Source: a virus. From it: a stretch of 47,960 nt of DNA. The stretch lies in UHGV virus genome UHGV-1380525. One strand, 5' to 3'. The notes under the pieces are model-generated. The model saw nothing but the letters and a program-made list of their open reading frames with translations, ran no database searches and had not been told where the DNA came from. The translations under genes and the position numbers were made by a program. Positions 1 to 9,148 of the stretch are shown here, in pieces (the first letter of the stretch is position 1; each line of letters opens with the position of its first letter).

Positions 1-20
1 ATTTTTTTTCATGGCTCAAG

Positions 21-470
21 ATGATTGCCCGCCAGCACGTAGAAAATGGCACAGGTTATCAACCGTTGATTAACCGGTGCGCTGTGAAGGTGGCGAAGAT
101 AGCCGGGATTCTTGCCTGCGATACTGGCGTTATTACAATGGAGCATCTGCGGTATGCCGTTGCGCTCACCATCAAATCAACAAGCGATTTGATGATGCGG
201 GCTGATAGTTTGTCAGGGGCTAACTCCAAGAGCAACGACAGGCGCGTTGAGGGGCTTGAATCGCTTGTCCGTGAGTACGTCAAGCGTGGAATGGCACGCA
301 AAGCGATCATCATTGGCGTGGCTAAGGATGGAAACTATAAACGAGCTGACTCTGAGCGCATGCTGGACAAGCTCATTGAAGACGGCGAGGTTATTGAGGA
401 TAAAGAGGCCAAGCGCACAAGCAACCGGGCCATCATCTACAAATTAGTTAATGATGAGGTAAGCATATGA
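21..470 (+). CDS. 3' portion of an ORF with no upstream stop in the window. The product has tandem winged-helix-like repeats ending ...KRTSNRAIIYKLVN. It is probably the C-terminus of the primase-helicase that begins at 46112 and wraps the circular junction.
   Basis: ORF track. The frame stays open back to position 3. The final primase codon (g at 47960 plus 'at' at 1-2) joins this ORF in frame. The SNRAIIYK motif is shared with the 886..1542 protein. Confidence 0.5.
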   Translation: MIARQHVENGTGYQPLINRCAVKVAKIAGILACDTGVITMEHLRYAVALTIKSTSDLMMRADSLSGANSKSNDRRVEGLESLVREYVKRGMARKAIIIGVAKDGNYKRADSERMLDKLIEDGEVIEDKEAKRTSNRAIIYKLVNDEVSI

Positions 471-850
471 TCCGCGTAATTCAGCAAAGCGATATATTTG
501 CATACAGCCAGTATGAAGCTGAGTGCGAGCCAGAAGCAGCGCTAAACATGATGACTGGACGTAACCTGATGGAAGTCTACTATCACAGCGTGCCGGTGTT
601 CCGTTGCAATATGGGGCACAGCATAGAGGATGATGTATTTTTCTGCCGCATAAACTACAAAGGTAACACGGCATTCATTTCACAGCCATATCGTGATGTG
701 GCGAAAAAATGTGGCAAGTGGACTCCAGATGAGCATTTCGCTGGAAATGCCGTGGCAAACTTCTGTGATGCGTTTGGCATCGACCGTGAGGAGTTGAAGC
801 GATATCTGGATGCCAGGAGAAGCAGGGACAGTGCCGTCAGTCCGTTTTGA
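467..850 (+). CDS. hypothetical protein, 127 aa
   Basis: ORF track. Its start overlaps the upstream stop (ATGA at 467-470). A rho-independent terminator follows. Confidence 0.5.
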   Translation: MIRVIQQSDIFAYSQYEAECEPEAALNMMTGRNLMEVYYHSVPVFRCNMGHSIEDDVFFCRINYKGNTAFISQPYRDVAKKCGKWTPDEHFAGNAVANFCDAFGIDREELKRYLDARRSRDSAVSPF

Positions 851-862
851 TGAAAAAGAAGA

Positions 863-888
863 AGCCCACGAAAGTGGGCTTTTTTTTA
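863..888. terminator. bidirectional rho-independent terminator
   Basis: agcccac-gaaa-gtgggct hairpin followed by T8. A-rich on the other side. Lies between convergent genes ending at 850 and 886. Confidence 0.75.
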
Positions 889-1542
889 ATTAACTTTATA
901 AATTATTGCTCTGTTACTTTTTCTTGGTGCAAGTTTATCCTCAGATATCAATCCTGTTGAAATCATCTTTTGAAGGCAAATCTCAACATTGTTTCTCGTA
1001 ACCCTCGCCTCTCTTGAGGTTGATATGATCAGCTCTTTCTTGGTCGTTCCTGCTTTTATTTTTTTTATGATGCAATCTTCTATGCCCTTGCTATCAATCC
1101 TTCTTATATCGTGAAGAGGAACAGCCAAACGGTACATTTCATGCGCTCTGTTGCTGCTTTTTGCGGCTGACTCGTCAGCGCATATGACACCAAGATCAAT
1201 CATTTCATCAAATGCCGCGTTTATTTTTTTTAATTCCACTCCAGATGCTGATGAAGCAGGTATTGTGATTGCACTTCTACTGGCGCAACCATCACGACCA
1301 ACCAGCATAGATATGATCCACATCTTTGCAATATCACATCCATTACCATGATGAGGCAATTTATTTGACGATGAAGCACCGCTTGTGCCGATGGCCATTT
1401 TCAATTGATATAGTTTATCTGAGAGCTTATCAAGAAACTCCTCCTCATCTTCATCAGTCACTGAGCACTGCCTAAGCTCAACCATTTTCGTGATGTCTAA
1501 AATACCCGCAACGCCATAAGAAAGTGATGTAGATTTGCTCAT
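886..1542 (-). CDS. stand-alone paralogue of the primase C-terminal DNA-binding (winged-helix repeat) region, 218 aa
   Basis: C-terminus ...LAPRKSNRAIIYKVN and an internal AKSSNRAHEMY repeat resemble the 21..470 C-terminus (...AKRTSNRAIIYKLVN, ...SKSNDRRVEG). GGAGG RBS 9 nt upstream. Confidence 0.6.
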   Translation of the reverse strand: MSKSTSLSYGVAGILDITKMVELRQCSVTDEDEEEFLDKLSDKLYQLKMAIGTSGASSSNKLPHHGNGCDIAKMWIISMLVGRDGCASRSAITIPASSASGVELKKINAAFDEMIDLGVICADESAAKSSNRAHEMYRLAVPLHDIRRIDSKGIEDCIIKKIKAGTTKKELIISTSREARVTRNNVEICLQKMISTGLISEDKLAPRKSNRAIIYKVN

Positions 1543-1636
1543 TGGTTAAAACCTCCATTTAGTTAGCCTAATCTAAAGTCTAACTCAAGATTAGAAGCAA
1601 GTAAAACAATACTTCCATCGGTATTATCCTGAGGCA

Positions 1637-1664
1637 TTTTACATGGTAAATAATGCAGTATAAT
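1637..1664 (+). promoter_or_regulatory. sigma70-like early promoter (TTTTAC -16- TATAAT)
   Basis: Read directly in the AT-rich region 1543-2170. Confidence 0.5.
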
Positions 1665-1681
1665 CATTAACTTAGAAGTTG

Positions 1682-1710
1682 TTGACTTTTTTCCATGCAA
1701 GTGTATTATG
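1682..1710 (+). promoter_or_regulatory. sigma70-like early promoter (TTGACT -16/17- TATTAT, with TG upstream of the -10)
   Basis: Near-consensus -35 and -10 hexamers. Confidence 0.6.
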
Positions 1711-2110
1711 ACTTACATTAAGTAATGAATAATTTCTATATCCCGAACGTCAGATTTAGAAAGTCATTCAAAACGATGTAACTAAATGATTTTACTTAAT
1801 ATTTTTCTAAAGAACCGAAAAAACACCGAAACACCAAAATCATCAACAAGAAAAAACCCACCTCGCTACACATGAAATTCACATCATTTTAGAACTTTAG
1901 GCCCGCAAGCCGCATGGTTGCTGGGTTTCTTAAAGTCACAAATAAATCCTAATGAAATCTTTCGGGAAATGCCTATAAGATACTTTTTTTACATCAGTGA
2001 CTTACATATTTTTTTAATATAAAAAATAGACTTTAAAACCTCTTAGAGATATAGTAACGCACGTTACAAAACTATTAGCTTGCTATTGTTTATTTATTTT
2101 CACCATCATA

Positions 2111-2139
2111 TTGACGTAGATTGAGCGCCATCGTATAGT
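2111..2139 (+). promoter_or_regulatory. early promoter TTGACG-17-TATAGT. The -35 sits inside the conserved TTGACGTAGATT module.
   Basis: Hexamers and spacing read directly. First gene ATG is at 2171, with an AAGAGG RBS. Confidence 0.65.
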
Positions 2140-2170
2140 TACCACACCAACAACAAAGAGGTGATGAAGA

Positions 2171-2356
2171 ATGACCAAAGCAATCTACACGCGCACTCAA
2201 CTGGAACCAGAAATGGGCGCAGTGAAAGCGCAAAACTTTATGATGGCGCAGGCGATGCATGCATACAGCAACGGTAAGCGCGTCTGTCGCGTTTTTATCG
2301 GCGAAGGCAAGCAGAGAGTGCTTGAGCAGGTTATCGTGTCATCTGGTGGAAACTAA
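2171..2356 (+). CDS. hypothetical early protein, 61 aa
   Basis: ORF track. Strong SD (AAAGAGGTGA). Confidence 0.55.
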   Translation: MTKAIYTRTQLEPEMGAVKAQNFMMAQAMHAYSNGKRVCRVFIGEGKQRVLEQVIVSSGGN

Positions 2357-2371
2357 ACCGGTTTAGCAACG

Positions 2372-2650
2372 ATGAATAAATTACTGGCAGTGGTTTTACT
2401 GGTTATCGCTAACGCAGCAATCGCTGAGACTATATGGGTTACGAAGTATGCATTGACCCGTGGCATTCAGAAGTACGAAAGCGCACAGCTGTTTGCCGAT
2501 GGTCAGGTGGCTGTAGTTGGCGATGTTTACTTTAAACGTGGTGAATACTGGCTTGATGAGCAACAGGCAAAAGAGCATACAGAGACTTTGCGGCAACGCC
2601 GGGTATCTGCACTAATGCGTGAGCTTGAGCGTTTACAGGCGTTTAAGTAA
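2372..2650 (+). CDS. small secreted protein, 92 aa, with an N-terminal signal peptide
   Basis: MNKLLAVVLLVIANAAIAE... hydrophobic h-region followed by an A-x-A-like cleavage site. Confidence 0.55.
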   Translation: MNKLLAVVLLVIANAAIAETIWVTKYALTRGIQKYESAQLFADGQVAVVGDVYFKRGEYWLDEQQAKEHTETLRQRRVSALMRELERLQAFK

Positions 2651-2671
2651 AGAATACTTGTGAGGTGTGTG

Positions 2672-2872
2672 ATGACAAGCAAAAAGAAGGTAGCAGACAA
2701 GAAATTTCAGGATGCAATGCAGGCAGTGCATGCTGCTGGCGAGGACAGGGTGAACTATTGCCTGAGTTTTATCCGAGGGTATCTTGAAAGCACCGGCAAA
2801 ACCGAAATGCTTCACGAATGGGATGATGCTTGTATGCGAATCAAGTTATCTTCTGGCGAGCAAATTCATTAA
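2672..2872 (+). CDS. hypothetical protein, about 66 aa (alternative start at 2660)
   Basis: ORF track. ATG at 2672 is preceded by a GAGGTG-like RBS. Confidence 0.45.
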   Translation: MTSKKKVADKKFQDAMQAVHAAGEDRVNYCLSFIRGYLESTGKTEMLHEWDDACMRIKLSSGEQIH

Positions 2873-2886
2873 CAGAGAGCATAAAA

Positions 2887-3330
2887 ATGACTATAAATAT
2901 TAACGAAGTTCAGGAAATTATTAAAAACCTTGAGAGCGTTGGTGAACTCTCAATCAAAGAGGAAAAATACCTCAAGGTTGCAAGGCTGTGCGTGCAGCTG
3001 GCCGCTGAGAATGTGGCGCTGAAGTCAAAAGGCAAGGAATTGCTCGGCGAAGCATGCGCCGTGTACTCGAGGCTTAATAAACTTATTGATCCATCAATCG
3101 GTGATTTTGTTGATGGTCAGACGCTCCATGAATTCCAGTTTGTTCTCGATGCGGAAACCCCCGTCACCGATCGCATCGTAGCCGGGATTAAGGCTGATGG
3201 GGTGGAGATGTTCGCTCTGATGTTTGCTGAAGAGGCGATCAAAGACAACAACATCACAACCGGCTGGAAAGCCAGAGCAAGCAGAGCGGCCTCTGAATAC
3301 GCAGAGTTGCTGCGCGAGGGTGCCAAATGA
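2887..3330 (+). CDS. hypothetical protein, 147 aa (alternative start at 2830)
   Basis: ORF track. Confidence 0.5.
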   Translation: MTININEVQEIIKNLESVGELSIKEEKYLKVARLCVQLAAENVALKSKGKELLGEACAVYSRLNKLIDPSIGDFVDGQTLHEFQFVLDAETPVTDRIVAGIKADGVEMFALMFAEEAIKDNNITTGWKARASRAASEYAELLREGAK

Positions 3331-3611
3331 GCCACGCTATCGATGCACATCTCACTGACGAAGTGATCAACGCCGCATTCGAAAACACTAATTTCGGGCG
3401 AGACGACTTTCGCACCATTCTGGCGGAAACCGTTATGAAGCGAGCCGCAGGTTATCACTCTGGCTGGACGGCGACGACCATTTGCACTCGCCTCAAACTG
3501 CTGGGTAAACAGGAGCGGCCAACAAAGCTCGGTCTGACGTTCGCCTTTCACCACTACTACCGCCAGAGCGTCCGTGATGCGCTGATGCCAAAACAGGAGC
3601 GTGCAGCATGA
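3327..3611 (+). CDS. hypothetical protein, 94 aa
   Basis: ORF track. Start overlaps the upstream stop (translational coupling). Confidence 0.5.
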   Translation: MSHAIDAHLTDEVINAAFENTNFGRDDFRTILAETVMKRAAGYHSGWTATTICTRLKLLGKQERPTKLGLTFAFHHYYRQSVRDALMPKQERAA

Positions 3612-3877
3612 GCAAATCATTCATCGTAATTATCCGGCGCGCCTGGTGTAACGAAGGCGGACACGGTATCGAATATTCATCTGACCTTATTCACTACGAG
3701 GCCCGCAATGGAGCCATATCACACGGTTTTCTGTCTGTGGATAGCGACGATTTCAATGTCGGCGTAATCGAGGACGGCAAGTTGATTTCATTTGACTGGA
3801 TGGACAAGCCGGTTGGTGAAAGCGAAGACACGCTGGCACAGATTGCCGAGCTAATTGGTCTGGAGGATGCAGCATGA
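3608..3877 (+). CDS. hypothetical protein, 89 aa
   Basis: ORF track. ATGA overlaps with both neighbours. Confidence 0.5.
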   Translation: MSKSFIVIIRRAWCNEGGHGIEYSSDLIHYEARNGAISHGFLSVDSDDFNVGVIEDGKLISFDWMDKPVGESEDTLAQIAELIGLEDAA

Positions 3878-4431
3878 CTGATATCACCAAACTGGCGCAG
3901 AGCCTGAAATCGGCAGCAGAGAAGGCCACTCAGGGGAACTGGAGAGCATTCAAATACCACGACGGGCGCTGTGGTATTGGTGGAGGCCATCACGATGAGA
4001 TCATGGTGTGTGAACACATAAGCAAAAGGCGTCCACATGACGCAGAATTCATCGCTATGGCTAACCCTGCCAACGTCATCGCGCTGGTAGAAGCGCTGGA
4101 GAAGGCGCAGACCATAAACGCAGCAGCCGAAAAACTGGTCCGCTGCAAAGGTCGTTATCACAGCGAGCAGAACTATCGCGCACTGGCGGCGCTGTTTGGC
4201 GTGAAAACCCCAGACCTGCCGCCGCTGGAGCATGAAAACGTTCATTATGCCGACGCAGCAGAGATGGAGATTGCAGCACTGCGCCAGCGCATCGCCGAGC
4301 TGGAGTCCCGCACCGTGAAGCTGCCAGAGCCATTCAAGTTGGCTAAATCATCGAGCGGATTAACGTACTACTACGCCGACGAGGTCGATGCTGCGATCAC
4401 CGCCGCTAGCATCAAGGTGGAGGCTGAGTGA
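3874..4431 (+). CDS. Ead/Ea22-like family protein, 185 aa
   Basis: N-terminal GNWRAF...CGIGGGHHDEIM...EFIAMANPANVIALVEALEKA matches the conserved Ea22-like domain. C-terminal half is a coiled coil. Confidence 0.6.
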   Translation: MTDITKLAQSLKSAAEKATQGNWRAFKYHDGRCGIGGGHHDEIMVCEHISKRRPHDAEFIAMANPANVIALVEALEKAQTINAAAEKLVRCKGRYHSEQNYRALAALFGVKTPDLPPLEHENVHYADAAEMEIAALRQRIAELESRTVKLPEPFKLAKSSSGLTYYYADEVDAAITAASIKVEAE

Positions 4432-4625
4432 TGGCTACCGTAACAGAAATTCGAGCAAAGCTGCGTGCCGGTGAGGTGGTGATTATGCCGGAAAATTCTG
4501 TATTCCTGTTCATGCGTGAATGCGAGCGCCATCCAGAAGGTGATGAGTGCTACAAAATTGAACCCCACTCTTATGGGTACTCAAAAGTTTTCGACCCCAA
4601 GCGGGCGAACGGAGCCAACCAATGA
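4428..4625 (+). CDS. hypothetical protein, 65 aa
   Basis: ORF track. Coupled overlaps. Confidence 0.45.
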   Translation: MMATVTEIRAKLRAGEVVIMPENSVFLFMRECERHPEGDECYKIEPHSYGYSKVFDPKRANGANQ

Positions 4626-5170
4626 CCAAATCAACCATAACCAGAGAGCAGCAGCGGCAGATTCTGATTGATACTGCGCAGCACATTATCAGCCGAGAAA
4701 GGACATCTCCGCATAGTGAGAATTTGCGTGAACTGGCACGTATAGCGCTGGCCGCAATGGACAGCAGCGATTCGGTTGAACTGCCTATTGACTACCTGCG
4801 GGGACACAAAGACGGTCTTGAGTGGGCCGCTCAACTGGCAGAATCCAACCACCCTGAGACAGGAGACTGGCTTTACGATGACCCTATCGAGCTGGCAAAA
4901 GCTATTCGCAAAGGTCCAGATATGCCGCCAGTTCAGCCGGCGCCGGTAGTTCCTGGTAAATGGATTCCGGTAAGCGAGCGGGTGCCGCCAAGAATTCCAG
5001 GCACATCTATCGAATATTTAGTGTATGAGACATTAAACGATAACGTACAACATGATTACTGGAATGTACCGGAAGGAAATATAAGTTGTCAGGCATTCTG
5101 GAACCACTACGGTGATTCCGTCACCCACTGGCAACCGCTACCCGAACCGCCACAGGAGACAAAACCATGA
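4622..5170 (+). CDS. protein with a C-terminal DUF551-like domain, 182 aa
   Basis: C-terminal WIPVSERVP...THWQPLPEPP pattern is typical of the phage DUF551 family. Confidence 0.5.
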   Translation: MTKSTITREQQRQILIDTAQHIISRERTSPHSENLRELARIALAAMDSSDSVELPIDYLRGHKDGLEWAAQLAESNHPETGDWLYDDPIELAKAIRKGPDMPPVQPAPVVPGKWIPVSERVPPRIPGTSIEYLVYETLNDNVQHDYWNVPEGNISCQAFWNHYGDSVTHWQPLPEPPQETKP

Positions 5171-5259
5171 AACCATACATCATCCGCAGACTGATTTTCG
5201 TAGCCTGCATTGCATTCTGGATTGCTGCTGCATTAGCCGTCTACTTTATCGTGAGGTGA
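5167..5259 (+). CDS. 30-aa hydrophobic micro-protein
   Basis: ATGA overlap with the upstream gene. MKPYIIRRLIFVACIAFWIAAALAVYFIVR has one TM helix. Confidence 0.3.
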   Translation: MKPYIIRRLIFVACIAFWIAAALAVYFIVR

Positions 5260-5262
5260 TTT

Positions 5263-5421
5263 ATGCTGTGGAGCGACATTCAGGCAGCATGCGAAGAGGC
5301 TGACTTTCTGTATGAGGAGACCGGAAAGCATCATGCCGTCATTCAGGTTGGCAGTATGATGATGGTGGTTGAGCATAACAGCATGCTTCGGCATATGTAC
5401 TCAACGATGAGGTATCAGTAA
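5263..5421 (+). CDS. hypothetical protein, 52 aa
   Basis: GAGGTGA RBS. TAATG overlap with the next gene. Confidence 0.4.
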   Translation: MLWSDIQAACEEADFLYEETGKHHAVIQVGSMMMVVEHNSMLRHMYSTMRYQ

Positions 5422-5615
5422 TGCCGCAAAAATCAAAGCGGGAGGTATGGCAAGCTGCGCAGATTGAAGGAGTCGACCACTTCATAGCAGCAATCGCCAA
5501 AGCCTTTCCTGATGCGATTGAGGTGGTTCACGTTCAAAGCAATAGCTGTAATGTTTGGTGTTATGCGAAAACTGATGTACAATCATCTCATCAATCATCA
5601 CCCACCACCCTTTAA
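5421..5615 (+). CDS. hypothetical protein, 64 aa
   Basis: ORF track. Confidence 0.4.
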   Translation: MPQKSKREVWQAAQIEGVDHFIAAIAKAFPDAIEVVHVQSNSCNVWCYAKTDVQSSHQSSPTTL

Positions 5616-5640
5616 CCCGCTTCGGCGGGTTCTTTTTTTA
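5614..5640 (+). terminator. rho-independent terminator at the end of the early operon
   Basis: aacccgc-ttcg-gcgggtt hairpin followed by T8. Confidence 0.75.
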
Positions 5641-5718
5641 TGTGCCATGCCACATGGTGTAGAATCTGATACAATATCGAATAACGGAAAAATAGCGAAA
5701 TATTGATGGGTTTTATCT

Positions 5719-6135
5719 ATGGCTAAAAAACTATTCAGTAGCGAAAATCAACCACAGAACAAGCGCGGGAAGGACAAGCGAAAGCTGCTTGTAGAGGCTC
5801 TTGAGCGCAAGGGATTCAGCGAGGAGAAGCTGTACGATACCATTATTGAAATGGCAATGATTGAGCGCGACACCGCGATGATGAAAGAGCTTATCGTGCG
5901 ATTTAGCCCCCTGCCCAAGCCTGTGGCCCCTGTGTTTGAGGTTGACTTCCCTGATAATGGCACGCCGGTAGAGAAGATTGACGCAGTCATTCGTGGCATT
6001 GCATCCGGCATTATCCCGGCCGACATCGGTAAGATGTTTGCCGAAGTTATTAAGACCGGCCTTGACGTAGCGGAAGTAACAGAGCTTGCGGCGCGCCTTG
6101 AGCGACTGGAGAAATTACTGGAGCAGCAACAGTAA
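5719..6135 (+). CDS. putative terminase small subunit, 138 aa
   Basis: Basic N-terminus (NKRGKDKRK). Lies immediately upstream of the large terminase. First gene after the early terminator and promoter. Confidence 0.45.
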   Translation: MAKKLFSSENQPQNKRGKDKRKLLVEALERKGFSEEKLYDTIIEMAMIERDTAMMKELIVRFSPLPKPVAPVFEVDFPDNGTPVEKIDAVIRGIASGIIPADIGKMFAEVIKTGLDVAEVTELAARLERLEKLLEQQQ

Positions 6136-6234
6136 CTGATTTATAATAATCAATGCGGCTAGGGGGCACCCGAAAAGCGACTCATCACCGCCTGCCGCAT
6201 TCACTTCAATGATGCCCTGATGAGGAATCTATAT

Positions 6235-8754
6235 ATGGCACGCAAAAGACTCTCAGCACCAGCAATTGAAAAACTCGAAGAGATTATTGGCGATGGCGTG
6301 ATTGATGCGCCTGAATCTGCGGTGTTCGGTGTTGTTAATACAGATAAGCAGATTGTTCGCAAACTAAAAATGACGCAAAGCGGAGTTGATGACGTTAGCG
6401 ACTCTGATATTGGCGTTGATCACCTGATACCAGAAAAGCTGGAAAAGCTACTTTACCCCAAGCGTAATAAGATTGTGTTTGGCGGGCGCGGATGCTTAGC
6501 CATCGGCACGATGGTGAGGATGTTTGATGGTAGCCTAAAACGCGTAGAGGATATCGTTGTTGGCGATAAGGTTATGGGTCCAGACAGTAAACCACGAAAT
6601 GTTTTAAACATCTGTCGGGGGTTTGATGACATGTATACGGTTCATCAAAAATATGCTGATGACTACACTGTCAACTCAAGTCACATACTGTCATTACGAA
6701 AGATTCCATCTGCTATCAGTGACGAGACAAAAACACCGGATGGTAAAAGAATTTATCGTTATTACCCGAATGAACCTGTAATACTGAATATTGGTGTTTC
6801 AGAATATTTGTCGCGCGCATCTTCCAAAAAGTTCCGCCATGTCTTTAAAGGGTGGCGAACAGGATGGGATTTTAATGACCAAAGCGTCCCAGTTGACCCG
6901 TACTTTCTTGGTTTATGGTTAGGTGATGGTTCATCTCGTGGTGTTGAAGTGTGCACGCCTGATCCAGAGATAGTTGACTACATTCACAACGTGGCAAGCA
7001 AATACGGGATGCAGGTAAAGGTTCGCGACGATGATAGATGCCCTGTCTATGCGATAACTAATGGTCGAGCTGCTGGCATGGGGAAGAACACCAACCCGTT
7101 ACTAACTAAAATGCAGCAGCTTGGGGTGATTAATAATAAACACATACCTGACTGCTATATCAAAAACAGCAGAGAGGTAAGACTTCAGATTCTGGCTGGG
7201 CTATTGGATACTGATTCGCATTATGACCAGAAAAAGAAAAGCTATTCTTTCACATCAATAAATAAAGAAATGGCCTTCTCTTTGATGGATGTGGCAAGAT
7301 CGCTTGGCTTCAAGTCAAGCATAATCAAAAAGACTGATGTCACCTTTGAATATAAAGGTGAGAAAAGAATATACGAAAAGGACGTATGGGAGGTGTTCGT
7401 TAGTGGTGACCTTCATACAATCCCATGCCGAGTAAAAAGGAAGATAGCAGAGAAAACCAAGTCAACCCGTGGAAAGATGACTGAGGTGTCATTGTCTTAT
7501 GTCGGGCATGGTGAATACGCTGGGTTCACTATTGATGGCGATCATCTTTTCCTGCTTGCTGATGGCACGGTTACACACAACAGCGGAAAAACAAGGACAG
7601 TAACAACAATACTTACGGAGCGTGCACGCTTTAAGCCTGACAGGATAGCTTGTTTTCGTGAGATTCAGCAGTCTATTGAGGATAGTTCATATCAGGAGCT
7701 GAAAGACGAGATTGACAGGAAGGGCGAGACAAAAGAGTTTCGCGTCATCAACAACGAAATAACACACAAGGTAACGAAAGCAAAGTTCCGCTTTAAAGGC
7801 CTGTATCGCAACCAGACGACCGTAAAAGGCTTCGCTGGCATTACAGTAGCTTGGGTCGAGGAGGCGGAAAACGTCAGCCAGACAAGCTGGGAAATCCTCA
7901 CCCCAACAGTCCGCGCTGAAGGGTCAGAGATATGGGTGACTTTCAACCCAAATAAAGAGCATGACCCGACGTGGAAAATATGGGTTGAGCCTTTTTATAA
8001 TAAATTGCGCGAAAATGGCGGCATCTATGAGGATGATGAAAACCTGATTATGGAGTGTAATTACTCAGACAATCCGTGGTTCTGGGATACTCCGCTCCCA
8101 AGCCAAATGCAACGCATGAAAGAGACCGACTTCGACCGCTATCAATGGGTGTGGGGTGGGCGCTTTAATAAGCGTAATGATGAGCAGGTATTTGGCGGTA
8201 AGTGGCGCGTTGCTGATTTCGAGGTTAAGCCGGAATGGCATGGGCCTTACTTTGGCATCGACTTTGGATTCTCGCAGGACGCAACGGCGATGGTTGAGGT
8301 TTACATTGAGAAACTTCCTGATGACCGCCGCAACCTTTACGTCGCGCGCGAATACGGCCGTGTAGGCCTTGAGATTACCGACACACCTACAGCGATGGAG
8401 CAATCATTCCCGCTCTCCAGGAAAGCAAGATGGTATGGGGACTGCTCTCGGCCAGAAACAATCAGTCACATCAAACGCGCAGGATTTGATATCCATCCAT
8501 GCAATAAGTGGCCCGGGAGCGTGGAGGATGGTGTAACCTGGCTCAGGGGTTGCGACAGCATCATCATTCATGACCGCTGCACACAGACTCAGGAAGAGTT
8601 CACTATGTACAGTTACAAGGTGGACAAGTTGACGGGTAACGTGCTCACAAATATTGTGGATGCGTGGAACCACTTCATTGACGCAATCAGATATGCATGC
8701 AACGATCACATCGTACAGCGTGGCTCTGGATGGATTAGAAGGAGCAGGAGATAA
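6235..8754 (+). CDS. terL: terminase large subunit precursor containing an intein (alternative start 6220). Exteins are 6235..6492 and 7582..8754.
   Basis: Walker A GGRG|SGKT is split by the intein. The C-extein has terminase ATPase and nuclease-like motifs. Confidence 0.85.
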   Translation: MARKRLSAPAIEKLEEIIGDGVIDAPESAVFGVVNTDKQIVRKLKMTQSGVDDVSDSDIGVDHLIPEKLEKLLYPKRNKIVFGGRGCLAIGTMVRMFDGSLKRVEDIVVGDKVMGPDSKPRNVLNICRGFDDMYTVHQKYADDYTVNSSHILSLRKIPSAISDETKTPDGKRIYRYYPNEPVILNIGVSEYLSRASSKKFRHVFKGWRTGWDFNDQSVPVDPYFLGLWLGDGSSRGVEVCTPDPEIVDYIHNVASKYGMQVKVRDDDRCPVYAITNGRAAGMGKNTNPLLTKMQQLGVINNKHIPDCYIKNSREVRLQILAGLLDTDSHYDQKKKSYSFTSINKEMAFSLMDVARSLGFKSSIIKKTDVTFEYKGEKRIYEKDVWEVFVSGDLHTIPCRVKRKIAEKTKSTRGKMTEVSLSYVGHGEYAGFTIDGDHLFLLADGTVTHNSGKTRTVTTILTERARFKPDRIACFREIQQSIEDSSYQELKDEIDRKGETKEFRVINNEITHKVTKAKFRFKGLYRNQTTVKGFAGITVAWVEEAENVSQTSWEILTPTVRAEGSEIWVTFNPNKEHDPTWKIWVEPFYNKLRENGGIYEDDENLIMECNYSDNPWFWDTPLPSQMQRMKETDFDRYQWVWGGRFNKRNDEQVFGGKWRVADFEVKPEWHGPYFGIDFGFSQDATAMVEVYIEKLPDDRRNLYVAREYGRVGLEITDTPTAMEQSFPLSRKARWYGDCSRPETISHIKRAGFDIHPCNKWPGSVEDGVTWLRGCDSIIIHDRCTQTQEEFTMYSYKVDKLTGNVLTNIVDAWNHFIDAIRYACNDHIVQRGSGWIRRSRR
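6493..7581 (+). mobile_element. intein (363 aa) with a LAGLIDADG homing-endonuclease domain, inserted in the terminase P-loop
   Basis: Starts with Cys (CLAIGTMV) and ends with ...VTHN followed by Ser as the +1 nucleophile. Two LAGLIDADG motifs are present: LGLWLGDGS and LAGLLDTDS. Confidence 0.8.
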
Positions 8755-8769
8755 GACCCCGACAGGGGT

Positions 8770-9060
8770 CTATTTGTAAAGCCAGCAGTGAATCCCCGCA
8801 TTTCGCATTGCGGCATAAATCACGTCATCAGACACGACCGCCATCGCCACCCTGTCTGCGTCAATCTGCTGGTGCGAAGCCATGATGTCGTCATAGAAGA
8901 CATCGTTAGCATGCAGCCACTCATATGCATGCTTTGCCCTCATAATCAGCACATCATGCCCGGCAGAGTAGAGTGACTTAGCCAGTGCGACGTTGCCAGC
9001 AATGGCATTTCCTTCAACATCACGCAGCACGCCATCAAGCTCGAAAATGACACATTTCAT
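8770..9060 (-). CDS. small protein (96 aa) with a HAD-like motif-I signature (FELDGVL)
   Basis: ORF track. GGAG RBS. Driven by the TTGACG(9115-9110)-17-TAGATT promoter. Too short to be a complete HAD hydrolase. Confidence 0.45.
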   Translation of the reverse strand: MKCVIFELDGVLRDVEGNAIAGNVALAKSLYSAGHDVLIMRAKHAYEWLHANDVFYDDIMASHQQIDADRVAMAVVSDDVIYAAMRNAGIHCWLYK

Positions 9061-9148
9061 AAGATTTCTCCGAGAGGTTTCATTTTAATCTACGCCATGC
9101 TAGAATCTACGTCAAGGCTCATTGACATAACTACATCACCGAGGCATC

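Noticed and set aside
8770-9060. Calling the 96-aa FELDGVL protein a HAD phosphatase
   Set aside because: Only motif I is recognisable, and the protein is far too short for a complete HAD fold. It is kept as hypothetical.
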